Positions 19,586 to 28,595 of a stretch of DNA of 32,000 nucleotides are shown in pieces. The stretch comes from Candidatus Saccharimonadota bacterium (GTDB lineage: Bacteria; Pseudomonadota; Alphaproteobacteria; Rickettsiales; Anaplasmataceae). The translations under genes were made by a program, and so were the position numbers. The stretch is taken from NCBI RefSeq assembly GCF_013365495.1, contig NZ_CP046580.1, positions 831,428 through 863,427 of the forward strand, written 5' to 3'. The notes beneath the pieces were generated by a model, which saw only the letters and a program-made list of their open reading frames with translations, was not told where the DNA came from and made no database searches. Within the stretch, counting starts at the first letter, position 1; every line of letters starts with the position of its first letter.

Positions 19586-21051
19586 ATGAATGCTACTAAA
19601 AAAGAAACAATATATATAATTGGTATAGGTGGAATTGGAATGAGCGCAATTGCTGAAATCCTTCATAACTCCAATTATAAAGTTCAAGGCAGTGATATAC
19701 AATCAAATGCCAATACATGTAGATTACAAAAATTAGGCATAAAAGTCTATATTGGTCATAATGCTAACAACATTATGCATTCCAAAATAATTATACATTC
19801 CTCTGCAATACAATCTAATAATATAGAACTAGTTACAGCAAGAAAGAGTAATAAAACAATTTTACAAAGATCAGACATACTTACTAAAATTATGAAAGAT
19901 AAATATGTAATAGCAGTTTCAGGATCAAGTGGAAAAACAACAACAACTGCTATGATTGCTTCCATTTTAGACTACTCTAATAAACCTCTCTTTATCACTC
20001 AAGCAACTGATACTAGAAGCCAAGAAGAAAATTTAAATTCCAGCATTATGCTTCAAGATAATTTCAATACAGGAATTGATGCAACCGTAATTGTAGGAGG
20101 AATATTAAATTCCTATAAAAGTAATTCAAAACTTGGGAAAAGCAATATTTTTTTGATTGAAGCTGATGAATCTGATGGAACTATGCTAAGAATTCCTGTG
20201 AATATTGCTGTTATAACAAGCATTAATGATGATCACACAAACTATTATAAAACATTCAATAACCTTAAGAAAGCATTTTCTCAATTTGCAAATAAAGCCG
20301 ACTTTGCAATTCTTCCTAATTCTGATTCCATAAACATTAATCATAATTTAAGTAATTTCATAACATTTGGGCTTGAAAGTGGGAATATTAAAGCCAATAA
20401 TATTAAACAACATGCCGCCAACAGCATTAAATTTGATGTATTAGTAAACAATAACTACAAAATAAAGAATGTAATATTATCAAACACAATAGGAATACAT
20501 AAAGTTATCAATGCCTTAGCTGCAATATCAGTTGCAATAAAATTAGGAATTAGCAGTAAAGAAATAAAAAAAGGCCTTCTAGAATTTAAAGGAGTAGTAA
20601 GAAGATTTTCTTTAATTGCTAATATTAAAGGTATTAAATTAATTGAGGACTATGCCCATAACCCCAATGAAATACAAGCAACTTTAACAGCAGCACGTTC
20701 AATTACTAAAAAAAAAGTGATAGGAATTATTGAACTATCTCGTTTTACTCGTATTTATAATTCTTTTGATGAATTTATACGAATTTTTATGATGTTTGAT
20801 TATATTATTCTCACTCCTATTCATCCCCCAAAAGATAAACCCATTCCAGGTTGCAGAATTACTGATATAAAAAAAAACTATTCAGCAAAGGATTTAGTAA
20901 TATAAAAATTATGAATAATGCTTCATTTATTTCATATTTCATCAGTAATTTGACAAACTCCGGTGATATAGTACTATTCATTGGTACTAGTAATAACATA
21001 GCTAAGTTAGCAAAAGAAATTGTAGTACTTATGTCAAAAGTAAAAGTTTAA
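19586..21051 (+). pseudogene. murC: UDP-N-acetylmuramate--L-alanine ligase, frame-broken at an A9 run (20869-20877); otherwise well conserved
   Basis: Motifs '[13 protein letters not shown]', P-loop '[11 protein letters not shown]', 'EADESDGT', 'NDDHTNYY' and 'YAHNPNEI'. The frame-2 ORF stops at 20905. The MurC C-terminus ('..[23 protein letters not shown]') continues in frame 1 from 20866 to a stop at 21049-21051. Confidence 0.85.
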
Positions 21052-21057
21052 TATAAT

Positions 21058-22323
21058 ATGAATAAAGTAATTAACAATGTGCTTGCAAGAGAAATTTTAG
21101 ATAGCAGGGGCTACCCAACCATCGAGGTAGAAATTGAACTCTGTGATGGAACAACAAGTCGAGCTTCTGTACCTTCTGGAGCTTCAATTGGCAAACTAGA
21201 GGCTTTTGAGATGAGAGATCAAGACAAAACGAGATATTGCGGTAAAGGAGTATTAAAAGCTGTTCAAACTGTAAACAAAGTAATAGCAAATGAAATTATT
21301 GGCATGGATGTAACAAACCAAAATGCAATTGACAAAACTTTAATTGAACTTGATAAGACACAAAACAAATCAAAACTTGGAGCAAATACAACCTTAGGAG
21401 TATCTCTTGCAGTTGTAAAAGCAGCAGCAAACAGCCTCAAAATGCCACTATATAAATATCTAGGAGGTGAACAAGCAAATGTTATACCATGTCCACTAAT
21501 TAATATAATTAATGGAGGGAGACATGCAGATAACAAACTTGACTTTCAAGAATTCATAATTCTCCCTGTTGGAACTGAAACTTTTAGTGAAGCGATTAGA
21601 ATATCAGCAGAAGTTTTTCACAATTTGCGCAATATCCTTAAGAAAAACGGCTATAGCACAAATGTAGGAGACGAAGGCGGTTTCGCACCCAATATTGAGA
21701 ATATAGAAAAAGTACTTGATCTGATCATATATGCCATAGAATTTTCTGGTTATTCAATCTATAATCACTTTGCACTTGGTCTTGATATTGCTTCATCTAC
21801 TTTTTATAAAAATAAAACTTACACAATTAAAAACAAAAAGTTCACCTCAAAGGAATTATTTGAGTATTATTTAAAACTTATAAAAAAATATCCAATAACC
21901 TCTATAGAAGACGCAATGAGTGAAGATGACCATGAAGGTTGGAAATTACTAACTGCAAAATTAGGGAAAAAAGTCCAATTAGTTGGAGACGATCTTTTTG
22001 TTACAAATTGTCAATTAATACGTAAAGGAATAGAAAAGAAAATGGCAAATGCTGTATTGATTAAACCAAACCAAATAGGAACATTAACAGAAACTTTAGC
22101 TGCTATTGAAATGGCAAAATCAAATGGCTACAAAGCCATCATTTCTCATCGCTCAGGTGAAACAGAAGACACAACAATATCTCACATAGCAGTTGCATTA
22201 AATTGTGGGCAAATAAAAGCTGGTTCACTATCACGCTCTGACAGGGTTGGAAAATATAATGAGTTAATTAGAATAGAAAACACACTAGGAAAAAATGCCA
22301 AATATTATCATGAGTTAGCATGA
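21058..22323 (+). CDS. eno: enolase
   Basis: 421 aa. Motifs '[13 protein letters not shown]', 'GDDLFVTN', '[13 protein letters not shown]' and '[10 protein letters not shown]'. Confidence 0.95.
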   Translation: MNKVINNVLAREILDSRGYPTIEVEIELCDGTTSRASVPSGASIGKLEAFEMRDQDKTRYCGKGVLKAVQTVNKVIANEIIGMDVTNQNAIDKTLIELDKTQNKSKLGANTTLGVSLAVVKAAANSLKMPLYKYLGGEQANVIPCPLINIINGGRHADNKLDFQEFIILPVGTETFSEAIRISAEVFHNLRNILKKNGYSTNVGDEGGFAPNIENIEKVLDLIIYAIEFSGYSIYNHFALGLDIASSTFYKNKTYTIKNKKFTSKELFEYYLKLIKKYPITSIEDAMSEDDHEGWKLLTAKLGKKVQLVGDDLFVTNCQLIRKGIEKKMANAVLIKPNQIGTLTETLAAIEMAKSNGYKAIISHRSGETEDTTISHIAVALNCGQIKAGSLSRSDRVGKYNELIRIENTLGKNAKYYHELA

Positions 22324-23339
22324 ACTTTATAGACGAAGTCAAATTATGCTTAAAAGCAGGTGATGGCGGCAATGGCTGTGCAAGTTTTCGAAGAGAGAAG
22401 TTTATTGAATTTGGTGGCCCAGATGGCGGTAATGGAGGAAAAGGAGGAAATATAATTTTTGTCAGTGATGCAAACCTAAATACTTTACTTCATTTTCGTC
22501 ATATAAAACATATCAAAGCAAATAATGGAAAAAATGGAGCAAACAGAAACAAATCTGGCATAGCGGGAAAAGATGTTATACTTAAAGTTCCAGTTGGTAC
22601 ACAAATAACTGACGAAGAAAGTGAAGAAGTAATAGTAGATTTTAATAAACCTGACATGAAACTTCAAATAGCACAAGGAGGAAAAGGTGGACTCGGAAAT
22701 ACTAATTTTAAATCCTCTATTAATAAAGCACCAAGACATTTTACTTATGGTAAACTTGGTGAAAAAAGAAACATAATATTAAAACTAAAAGTTTTATCAG
22801 ATGTTGGCATTATTGGAATGCCAAATGCAGGCAAATCAAAATTTTTAACTCGTTGTTCAAATGCAAATACAAGAGTAGAGAATTACCCATTTACCACTGT
22901 TAGACCACACTTAGGCGTAGCGAAGATAGATAATAATAACAAAATTATAATGGCAGATATTCCTGGAATTATCGCTGATGCCCATCTTGGAGTGGGACTT
23001 GGATACAAATTTTTAAAACATATAGAAAGATGTAAAATTTTACTGCATTTAATTGATGTTACTCATGATGACGTCATTTCAGCTTATAATTGTACACACA
23101 ATGAATTAAAACTTTATAATAGCAATCTTATCAAAAAGGAAGAAATTGTAGTATTAAACAAATGTGACTTGCTGCAGAAAGTAAAAATCTTAAAAAAAAG
23201 AAATTATCTAGCCAATTACCTTAATAAGGAGGTACTATACTTATCAAGTAATAGTGATTTACAGCCTATTCTCAAATTATTAAACAAAAAACTAAAAAAG
23301 AGCCACCCCAAAGAAAGTGATATATATAATCCATTTTAA
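22320..23339 (+). CDS. obg: GTPase Obg/CgtA
   Basis: Obg fold '[31 protein letters not shown]'. G1 'GMPNAGKS', G3 'DIPG' and G4 'NKCD'. The ATGA start overlaps the eno stop. Confidence 0.92.
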   Translation: MNFIDEVKLCLKAGDGGNGCASFRREKFIEFGGPDGGNGGKGGNIIFVSDANLNTLLHFRHIKHIKANNGKNGANRNKSGIAGKDVILKVPVGTQITDEESEEVIVDFNKPDMKLQIAQGGKGGLGNTNFKSSINKAPRHFTYGKLGEKRNIILKLKVLSDVGIIGMPNAGKSKFLTRCSNANTRVENYPFTTVRPHLGVAKIDNNNKIIMADIPGIIADAHLGVGLGYKFLKHIERCKILLHLIDVTHDDVISAYNCTHNELKLYNSNLIKKEEIVVLNKCDLLQKVKILKKRNYLANYLNKEVLYLSSNSDLQPILKLLNKKLKKSHPKESDIYNPF

Positions 23340-23685
23340 AATACCATCTTACATTCAATAGTTATATAGATCATATATAGCAAAAAAAAATTAATACTCT
23401 AGTATTTCTTATACAAAGAACAGAACTTATATATAACTACTACATAAAAAAGATCTAGAAAAATGCAACTCCATATGGTAAAAATTAAACGTAATATAAC
23501 AACATATTCTTCGAAAAAAGTATGTTTTATTACTAACCAAAATTTAAAATAAAAAAAACAAAAATAAACTCTAAGCTCTTCAATATCTTTACTATAAGTA
23601 AAACAATATTAAATAAGCAGACAAAATAATTTTCATGGTAGAGTTAAACCTTATTTACATCATAATTAACTTAAAGTGAAATACC

Positions 23686-23714
23686 TTGAAACTTACTTAA
23701 TATTACTATATAAT
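23686..23714 (+). promoter_or_regulatory. candidate promoter for ssrA
   Basis: TTGAAA (23686-23691), a 17-nt spacer, then TATAAT (23709-23714). It sits about 30 nt upstream of the first tmRNA helix. Confidence 0.45.
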
Positions 23715-23744
23715 GAATACGTGTTTTGTACACTATAGCAATAA

Positions 23745-24023
23745 AATTACTTTGTAATAGATGTATTGGACCCGAGGGCAGTGCTCGGCACCTCCACTAT
23801 TATTTTTATTATTTACACGAGGGGGTGAACAAGTATCGACATACATAGTAAAGATAGTAACTTTGCTCGGTTAGATACCACCGTTAAGAGTTTATAATTT
23901 AAATGCAAATGATAATTTTGCTGCCGACAGTAATGTTATAACATCAGCTGCTTAATCTCAAGCACTGTAATTTCATTACTATAAGCACGGTTAGGGAACG
24001 CCGGGTAACAGAAAGTTCCCTTT
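23745..24023 (+). ncRNA. ssrA: circularly permuted two-piece tmRNA (acceptor piece, 24-nt intervening segment, coding piece); ends approximate
   Basis: Acceptor piece: GGAC-CCGAG-GGCAGTG-CTCGG (T arm, 23768-23788), then the 3' acceptor strand CACCTCC (23789-23795) and discriminator A. The coding piece starts GGGGGTG at 23821. It pairs with CACCTCC to give a G3:U alanine identity pair. The conserved 'TATCGAC' follows. ATACAT (about 23841) pairs with ATGTAT (23761-23766). The tag ORF runs from the GCA resume codon at 23905 to TAA at 23953-23955 and encodes ANDNFAADSNVITSAA. A terminal hairpin gggaac (23994-23999)/gttccc (24015-24020) is followed by TTT. Confidence 0.88.
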
Positions 24024-24054
24024 AAAAAGTAAAAACATTAAAAGTAAAAATTAT

Positions 24055-24477
24055 ATGGATAAGATAGACTGCAATAAATCACTCAATTTAGCAAAATTTC
24101 AAGTCATTAAAAAAGCTTTAGATACTATATCGAACAATGATTTTACACCCCATTTAGAGATACTATTTTCTACATGTTCTAATGGTGTCATTGTACCAAA
24201 TTACCTAAAAAAGTCATATCCTACTCAAATGCTTATCATATTACAACATCAATTTTATGGATTAAAAGTTTTCGAAGATAAGTTTAGCGTCGAATTATAC
24301 TTTCATGGAAAACAAGAACAAATTACTGTATCATTTTTTGCCATCAGTAAGTTTTATAATAAAACTTCAGGAGATATTTTGATATTTGATAAAATTAATA
24401 TTGACTCTAACAAAAAACATATTAAAAAATTAATGAACGGTAATATTATATCCATAGATCAACTACGAAATAAGTAA
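24055..24477 (+). CDS. sspB: SspB-like ClpXP specificity-enhancing adaptor (alphaproteobacterial type)
   Basis: 140 aa. The block 'PTQMLIILQHQFYGLKVFEDKFSVELYFHGKQEQITVSFFAISKFY' matches the conserved alphaproteobacterial SspB core, which I recall as '..MTIVLQHQFWDL.V.ED.F.V.LSF.G..E.L.VPF.AI..F.D'. Confidence 0.7.
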   Translation: MDKIDCNKSLNLAKFQVIKKALDTISNNDFTPHLEILFSTCSNGVIVPNYLKKSYPTQMLIILQHQFYGLKVFEDKFSVELYFHGKQEQITVSFFAISKFYNKTSGDILIFDKINIDSNKKHIKKLMNGNIISIDQLRNK

Positions 24478-25386
24478 TACTAAAATTAAGTTTTATAATA
24501 CATTAAAAAAAATATATTATCGCCAGATAACAAAACAATTCTACATTAGATTAGAACATTATGGAAAAAAGCACAATATTTCCTCTCATTAAGATATATT
24601 CAACACATAATAAATTAAAAGCTGAAACAGAGTACTCACTATCCAGCACTCAAAGTCATTAAAACTACCATCAACTTATTTCCAACTCCCTAAATAACTA
24701 CACAATTGTATTCTCAAAATGAGAACCTAAAGATATTGTTTCAACAATCCCTATCATTCATCCCAACTTTTGCATTAACACCTTTTTTTTCGTCTACTTT
24801 ACAAATATTCACTGATCTCACACATACACATCTATTTTCAATCAACACAACTCATCTACTAAATAATCCATATAAATCAACTCAAGATAAAGGCTTTGTG
24901 TCAACTATAAGAAGATATTAAAGTCAGCTAACTAATGTAGGTAGCCATTTTAATTTAATTACCATTAACACAATATCATCTAATAATCAGAAATTATAAC
25001 TCTCTAATAAACTATCTTTAAAAGATAAAATAAGAACACCATAAATTATATTATCTGCAATATAATTGCAGATAAAAAAAATAACTCCTTTATATATTTT
25101 TTTCTCTTTAAAAAAAAACTTGTATCATTATAAAAATTAAATTTTAAAAAAATAAAACTACCCTAAAATTAATATATACTTAATAATCAATATTACTAAA
25201 AAATAGTAAGCATATATATAACATACAAGATATTATAATTTCAGTTACCTTTTAATCACTATAGTAAGATCTAATCTTAATACAGATCTAATTTCTCTAC
25301 TTAGCTTTAATAAATCATTACTTTAATATAACAACTCCTTTATGTTCAACATCTTAGTATACTTATCTACTTCTACTAACTAAATT

Positions 25387-25414
25387 TTGAACTTCAACAT
25401 TGAAGTTATATAAT
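25387..25414 (+). promoter_or_regulatory. candidate promoter for lipB, with an inverted repeat in the spacer
   Basis: TTGAAC (25387-25392), a 16-nt spacer, then TATAAT (25409-25414), ending 19 nt before the ATG. The inverted repeat aacttcaa/ttgaagtt (25390-25407) overlaps the -35 element and the spacer. Confidence 0.35.
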
Positions 25415-25433
25415 AATATAAATTAAAATAAAT

Positions 25434-26051
25434 ATGATAGAATGGCTAATATGTGATCAACTTATCGAGTATAAATGTGCCATAAAGTTTATGGAGACAA
25501 AAATTCAAAAAATTTATAATAATTTATCCAATGAATTAATATGGCTACTTCAACACCCTTCAATATATACAGCAGGAATCAGTGCAACAAACGATGAAAT
25601 TATTAAAAAATTATTTCCTGTGCATAAAACAAATAGAGGTGGCAAGTACACATATCACGGACCAGGACAACGCATTATATATTTAATGTTAAATCTTAAA
25701 AAAAGAAATAAATGCGATATAAAACTATATATCAAGGATTTAAGTAAGTGGATCATAAATGTTCTAAAGCACTTTAATATAGTTGGAAAATTTAAAGAAG
25801 ATAAAATAGGCATTTGGGTAAACAATAATGGAGTAGAAGAAAAAATAGCAGCTTTTGGCATTCGTTTAAGAAAATGGATAACATATCATGGTATAGCACT
25901 CAATGTCTCCCCAAATCTTTCTCACTACAAAGGCATTATTCCTTGTGGACTAAAAGATTATGGTATTACATCAATGGAAAAATTAGGAATAAAAGTTCAA
26001 ATGACAGAGTTAGATTTAATACTAAAAAAAGAATTTTATAAAGTATTTTAA
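25434..26051 (+). CDS. lipB: octanoyltransferase (lipoyl(octanoyl) transferase)
   Basis: 205 aa. Motifs 'LLQHPSIYTAG', 'RGGKYTYHGPGQ', 'KIAAFGIRLRKWITYHGIALNV' and 'IIPCGL'. Confidence 0.9.
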   Translation: MIEWLICDQLIEYKCAIKFMETKIQKIYNNLSNELIWLLQHPSIYTAGISATNDEIIKKLFPVHKTNRGGKYTYHGPGQRIIYLMLNLKKRNKCDIKLYIKDLSKWIINVLKHFNIVGKFKEDKIGIWVNNNGVEEKIAAFGIRLRKWITYHGIALNVSPNLSHYKGIIPCGLKDYGITSMEKLGIKVQMTELDLILKKEFYKVF

Positions 26052-26442
26052 TATATTTCATTACCATTTACTCTTTACCCTGCATTATATATCAACTCTA
26101 CAATATAGATAATATTATTTCTCACTTTCCAAAAAAAAAGCCAGATTTCAACCTATAAAAATAGCATAAGCTTTCATTTTTACTACCATCTCTTTAAACA
26201 AAATATAGTAATTAACATTCTTTATTAATCTTTTACAAAAAGAAAGTAAATGATTGAATAATGAAATCTGACAATACTAAAACAATTCGGTTTTACTTAA
26301 AGAAAGTACCAATTTCTATCACCATCCATAATTAAAAGGATTAAATGCACATATAATCTCTTCATTTTCCCCAATATTTATAATCTTACGCTCAAGAAAA
26401 AATATTTTGTACAATGCACAACATAAATCTCCATAAATTACC

Positions 26443-27240
26443 CTAATAAAAATACTTCAATGCATTCTCAAATACAAACATTCCATCACCATATTTCGGC
26501 ATAGTGAATTTTAAACGCTTGCATCTTTCTTTCTCAAACGGCCAGTTATCCTGTTGAGTAAAAAATATTCCTCTCTCTGGATGAGGCATTAAAGCCAACA
26601 CTTTACCATTTTTACTTGACAAAGCTGCTACATCATATAAAGATCCACTTGGATTATAAGGAAACTGTAGATTAGCATAGTTACCATTCTCATTGATATA
26701 ACGCAAAGCAACAAAATTGTTTTTTATCAACTGGCCTAAAGCATTTTGATCCATAAAAAACTTACCTTCTCCATGAGCAACAGGAAGATATAACTCACCT
26801 AAACCATGTAACCAAACAGAATTACTATGTGAATTAACTTTAACTCTAATCCAACGACATTGATAATTACCTACATCATTACGTATTAAAGTCAAGTTAG
26901 AGAATTCTGGAATCAACTTTACTAATATCTGACAACCATTACATATCCCCATAACAAGCTTGTCCTGAGATAAAAAATCTTGAAATTCATTCAATAAATT
27001 ATTCTTAATACGTAAAGCAAAGGCATTACCAGCACCAGTATAATCACCATAAGAAAACCCTCCTGGAATTACAAGTATATTACTTAACTTTAATTCACCT
27101 GGATTACATATAATTTCATTAATATGAACAATTTTCACCTCTACACTACTCATACCAAGCTTTTTACTACACTCTACAAATGCAAACGCAGTTTCTTTTT
27201 CACAATTTAAGCCATAACCAAATAAAACAATAATTTTCAT
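26443..27240 (-). CDS. purQ: phosphoribosylformylglycinamidine synthase, glutamine amidotransferase subunit
   Basis: 265 aa. Nucleophile elbow 'GICNGCQIL', 'PGGFSYGDY' and the catalytic 'MPHPER'. The tail resembles the C-terminus of large-type PurL. Confidence 0.85.
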   Translation of the reverse strand: MKIIVLFGYGLNCEKETAFAFVECSKKLGMSSVEVKIVHINEIICNPGELKLSNILVIPGGFSYGDYTGAGNAFALRIKNNLLNEFQDFLSQDKLVMGICNGCQILVKLIPEFSNLTLIRNDVGNYQCRWIRVKVNSHSNSVWLHGLGELYLPVAHGEGKFFMDQNALGQLIKNNFVALRYINENGNYANLQFPYNPSGSLYDVAALSSKNGKVLALMPHPERGIFFTQQDNWPFEKERCKRLKFTMPKYGDGMFVFENALKYFY

Positions 27241-27243
27241 GAA

Positions 27244-28494
27244 TCAAAAACTAAAAAACTCAAATTTCCTTTTTACAAAATTAGCCACTAAATTTAAAAC
27301 AAATAATATTATTAATAAAGCTATAATTGCAATAGCTGCAAGTTCAATAAATGCAATTTCAGGACTACTTGACCATATATATATTTGTACAGGCAAAACA
27401 GTTGCTGGATCAGAAAATGACATAGGTGTATCAGCAACAAATGCTACCGTACCTACCATAAGCAAAGGAGAAGATTCACCCAAAACTCTTGCAACCGCAA
27501 GCATAGTACCGTGTATTATCCTTGGCAAAGCAATTGGCAAAGAATGATCCAATGTTACCTTAATGTGAGATGCTCCAAGAGCAAAAGCTGCAGCTTTTAT
27601 TGTAACAGGTACACTAGCAAAAGCATTTTTCGTTATAATTATAATATTAGGTAACATCATAAATGAAAGAGTCATTCCACTAACAAGAGGCGAAGAACGA
27701 GGCAGTTTAAATATACCAAGATAGAGAGTTAAGCCTACTACACCAAATATTATTGAAGGCACTGCAACAAGATTGTTTATACTAACCTCTATAATATTAG
27801 TCATCATACTATTCTTTGACATAAACTCATGAAGACAAATACCTGACATAATTCCTATTGGTAATGCTAAAACTAAACATACAATAATCGTCATCAAAGA
27901 GCCAGCAAATGCCCCTAAAATACCTGCATTTTCAGGTTCACGAGAATCAGATTTAAGAAATAAAGACTTATTAAAGAATTTTTTTACCCTTTTTTTTTCT
28001 TTTAACCAGTTAAGCAATTTAACATAACGATCATTAAAATATTTATTTTTATTGATTGAATTAATTATACTTGATGCAGTAAACCATATTTCATACATCC
28101 CATCATACTTTACTTTTTCATGAAAAAAGTTTTCTAGTTCTTTGTAAGAACTACGACTCAAAATTTCATCACTATTTTGAAAATCAGTACCTTTAAGTAC
28201 CTTATGCAAAGAGTCATTAAGTAACTCAATATATTTATACCTCAAATCACTAGGATTATTTACTAAAGAAAAATCAGAACTTATCTCTATTGGTAACAAA
28301 ATCTTTGTTATTGTTAAGGCACTATAAGAGTTAACTAATATACTAAGCAATATACATATAGGACAACCAAGCGAAATAACTAATGTTATAAAAGAACAAA
28401 AATATAATGTTCTATTTCTTTTATTCTTTCTTTCTATACGAGCGTGTACACGTCTAGACTGAAGAAGCTTAAGAAATTTTGTCTTTATACTCAT
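27244..28494 (-). CDS. pstA: phosphate ABC transporter permease PstA (long form with N-terminal TM and loop)
   Basis: 416 aa. EAA-loop region 'IKAAAFALGASHIKV...LPIALPRIIHGTMLAVARVLGESSPLLMVG'. The 'GE(T/S)xPLL' motif favours PstA over PstC. No pstS, pstC or pstB lies nearby. Confidence 0.8.
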   Translation of the reverse strand: MSIKTKFLKLLQSRRVHARIERKNKRNRTLYFCSFITLVISLGCPICILLSILVNSYSALTITKILLPIEISSDFSLVNNPSDLRYKYIELLNDSLHKVLKGTDFQNSDEILSRSSYKELENFFHEKVKYDGMYEIWFTASSIINSINKNKYFNDRYVKLLNWLKEKKRVKKFFNKSLFLKSDSREPENAGILGAFAGSLMTIIVCLVLALPIGIMSGICLHEFMSKNSMMTNIIEVSINNLVAVPSIIFGVVGLTLYLGIFKLPRSSPLVSGMTLSFMMLPNIIIITKNAFASVPVTIKAAAFALGASHIKVTLDHSLPIALPRIIHGTMLAVARVLGESSPLLMVGTVAFVADTPMSFSDPATVLPVQIYIWSSSPEIAFIELAAIAIIALLIILFVLNLVANFVKRKFEFFSF

Positions 28495-28595
28495 TTTACA
28501 ACTAGCTCAAATGAGACTTTCCACTTTATTAAATATCAATATCCTCCCCATCATCTCAGTACTTATATTACCATATAGTTCTATACTAAACCTCA

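Noticed and set aside
24706-24921. The only ORF of 60 aa or more inside a spacer (71 aa, TTG start).
   Set aside because: It has a non-ATG start and no SD-like sequence. The translation is low-complexity S/T/F/L/H-rich. The locally A-poor, C/T-rich composition lowers stop-codon frequency, so an open frame of this length is expected by chance somewhere in about 11 kb of spacer.
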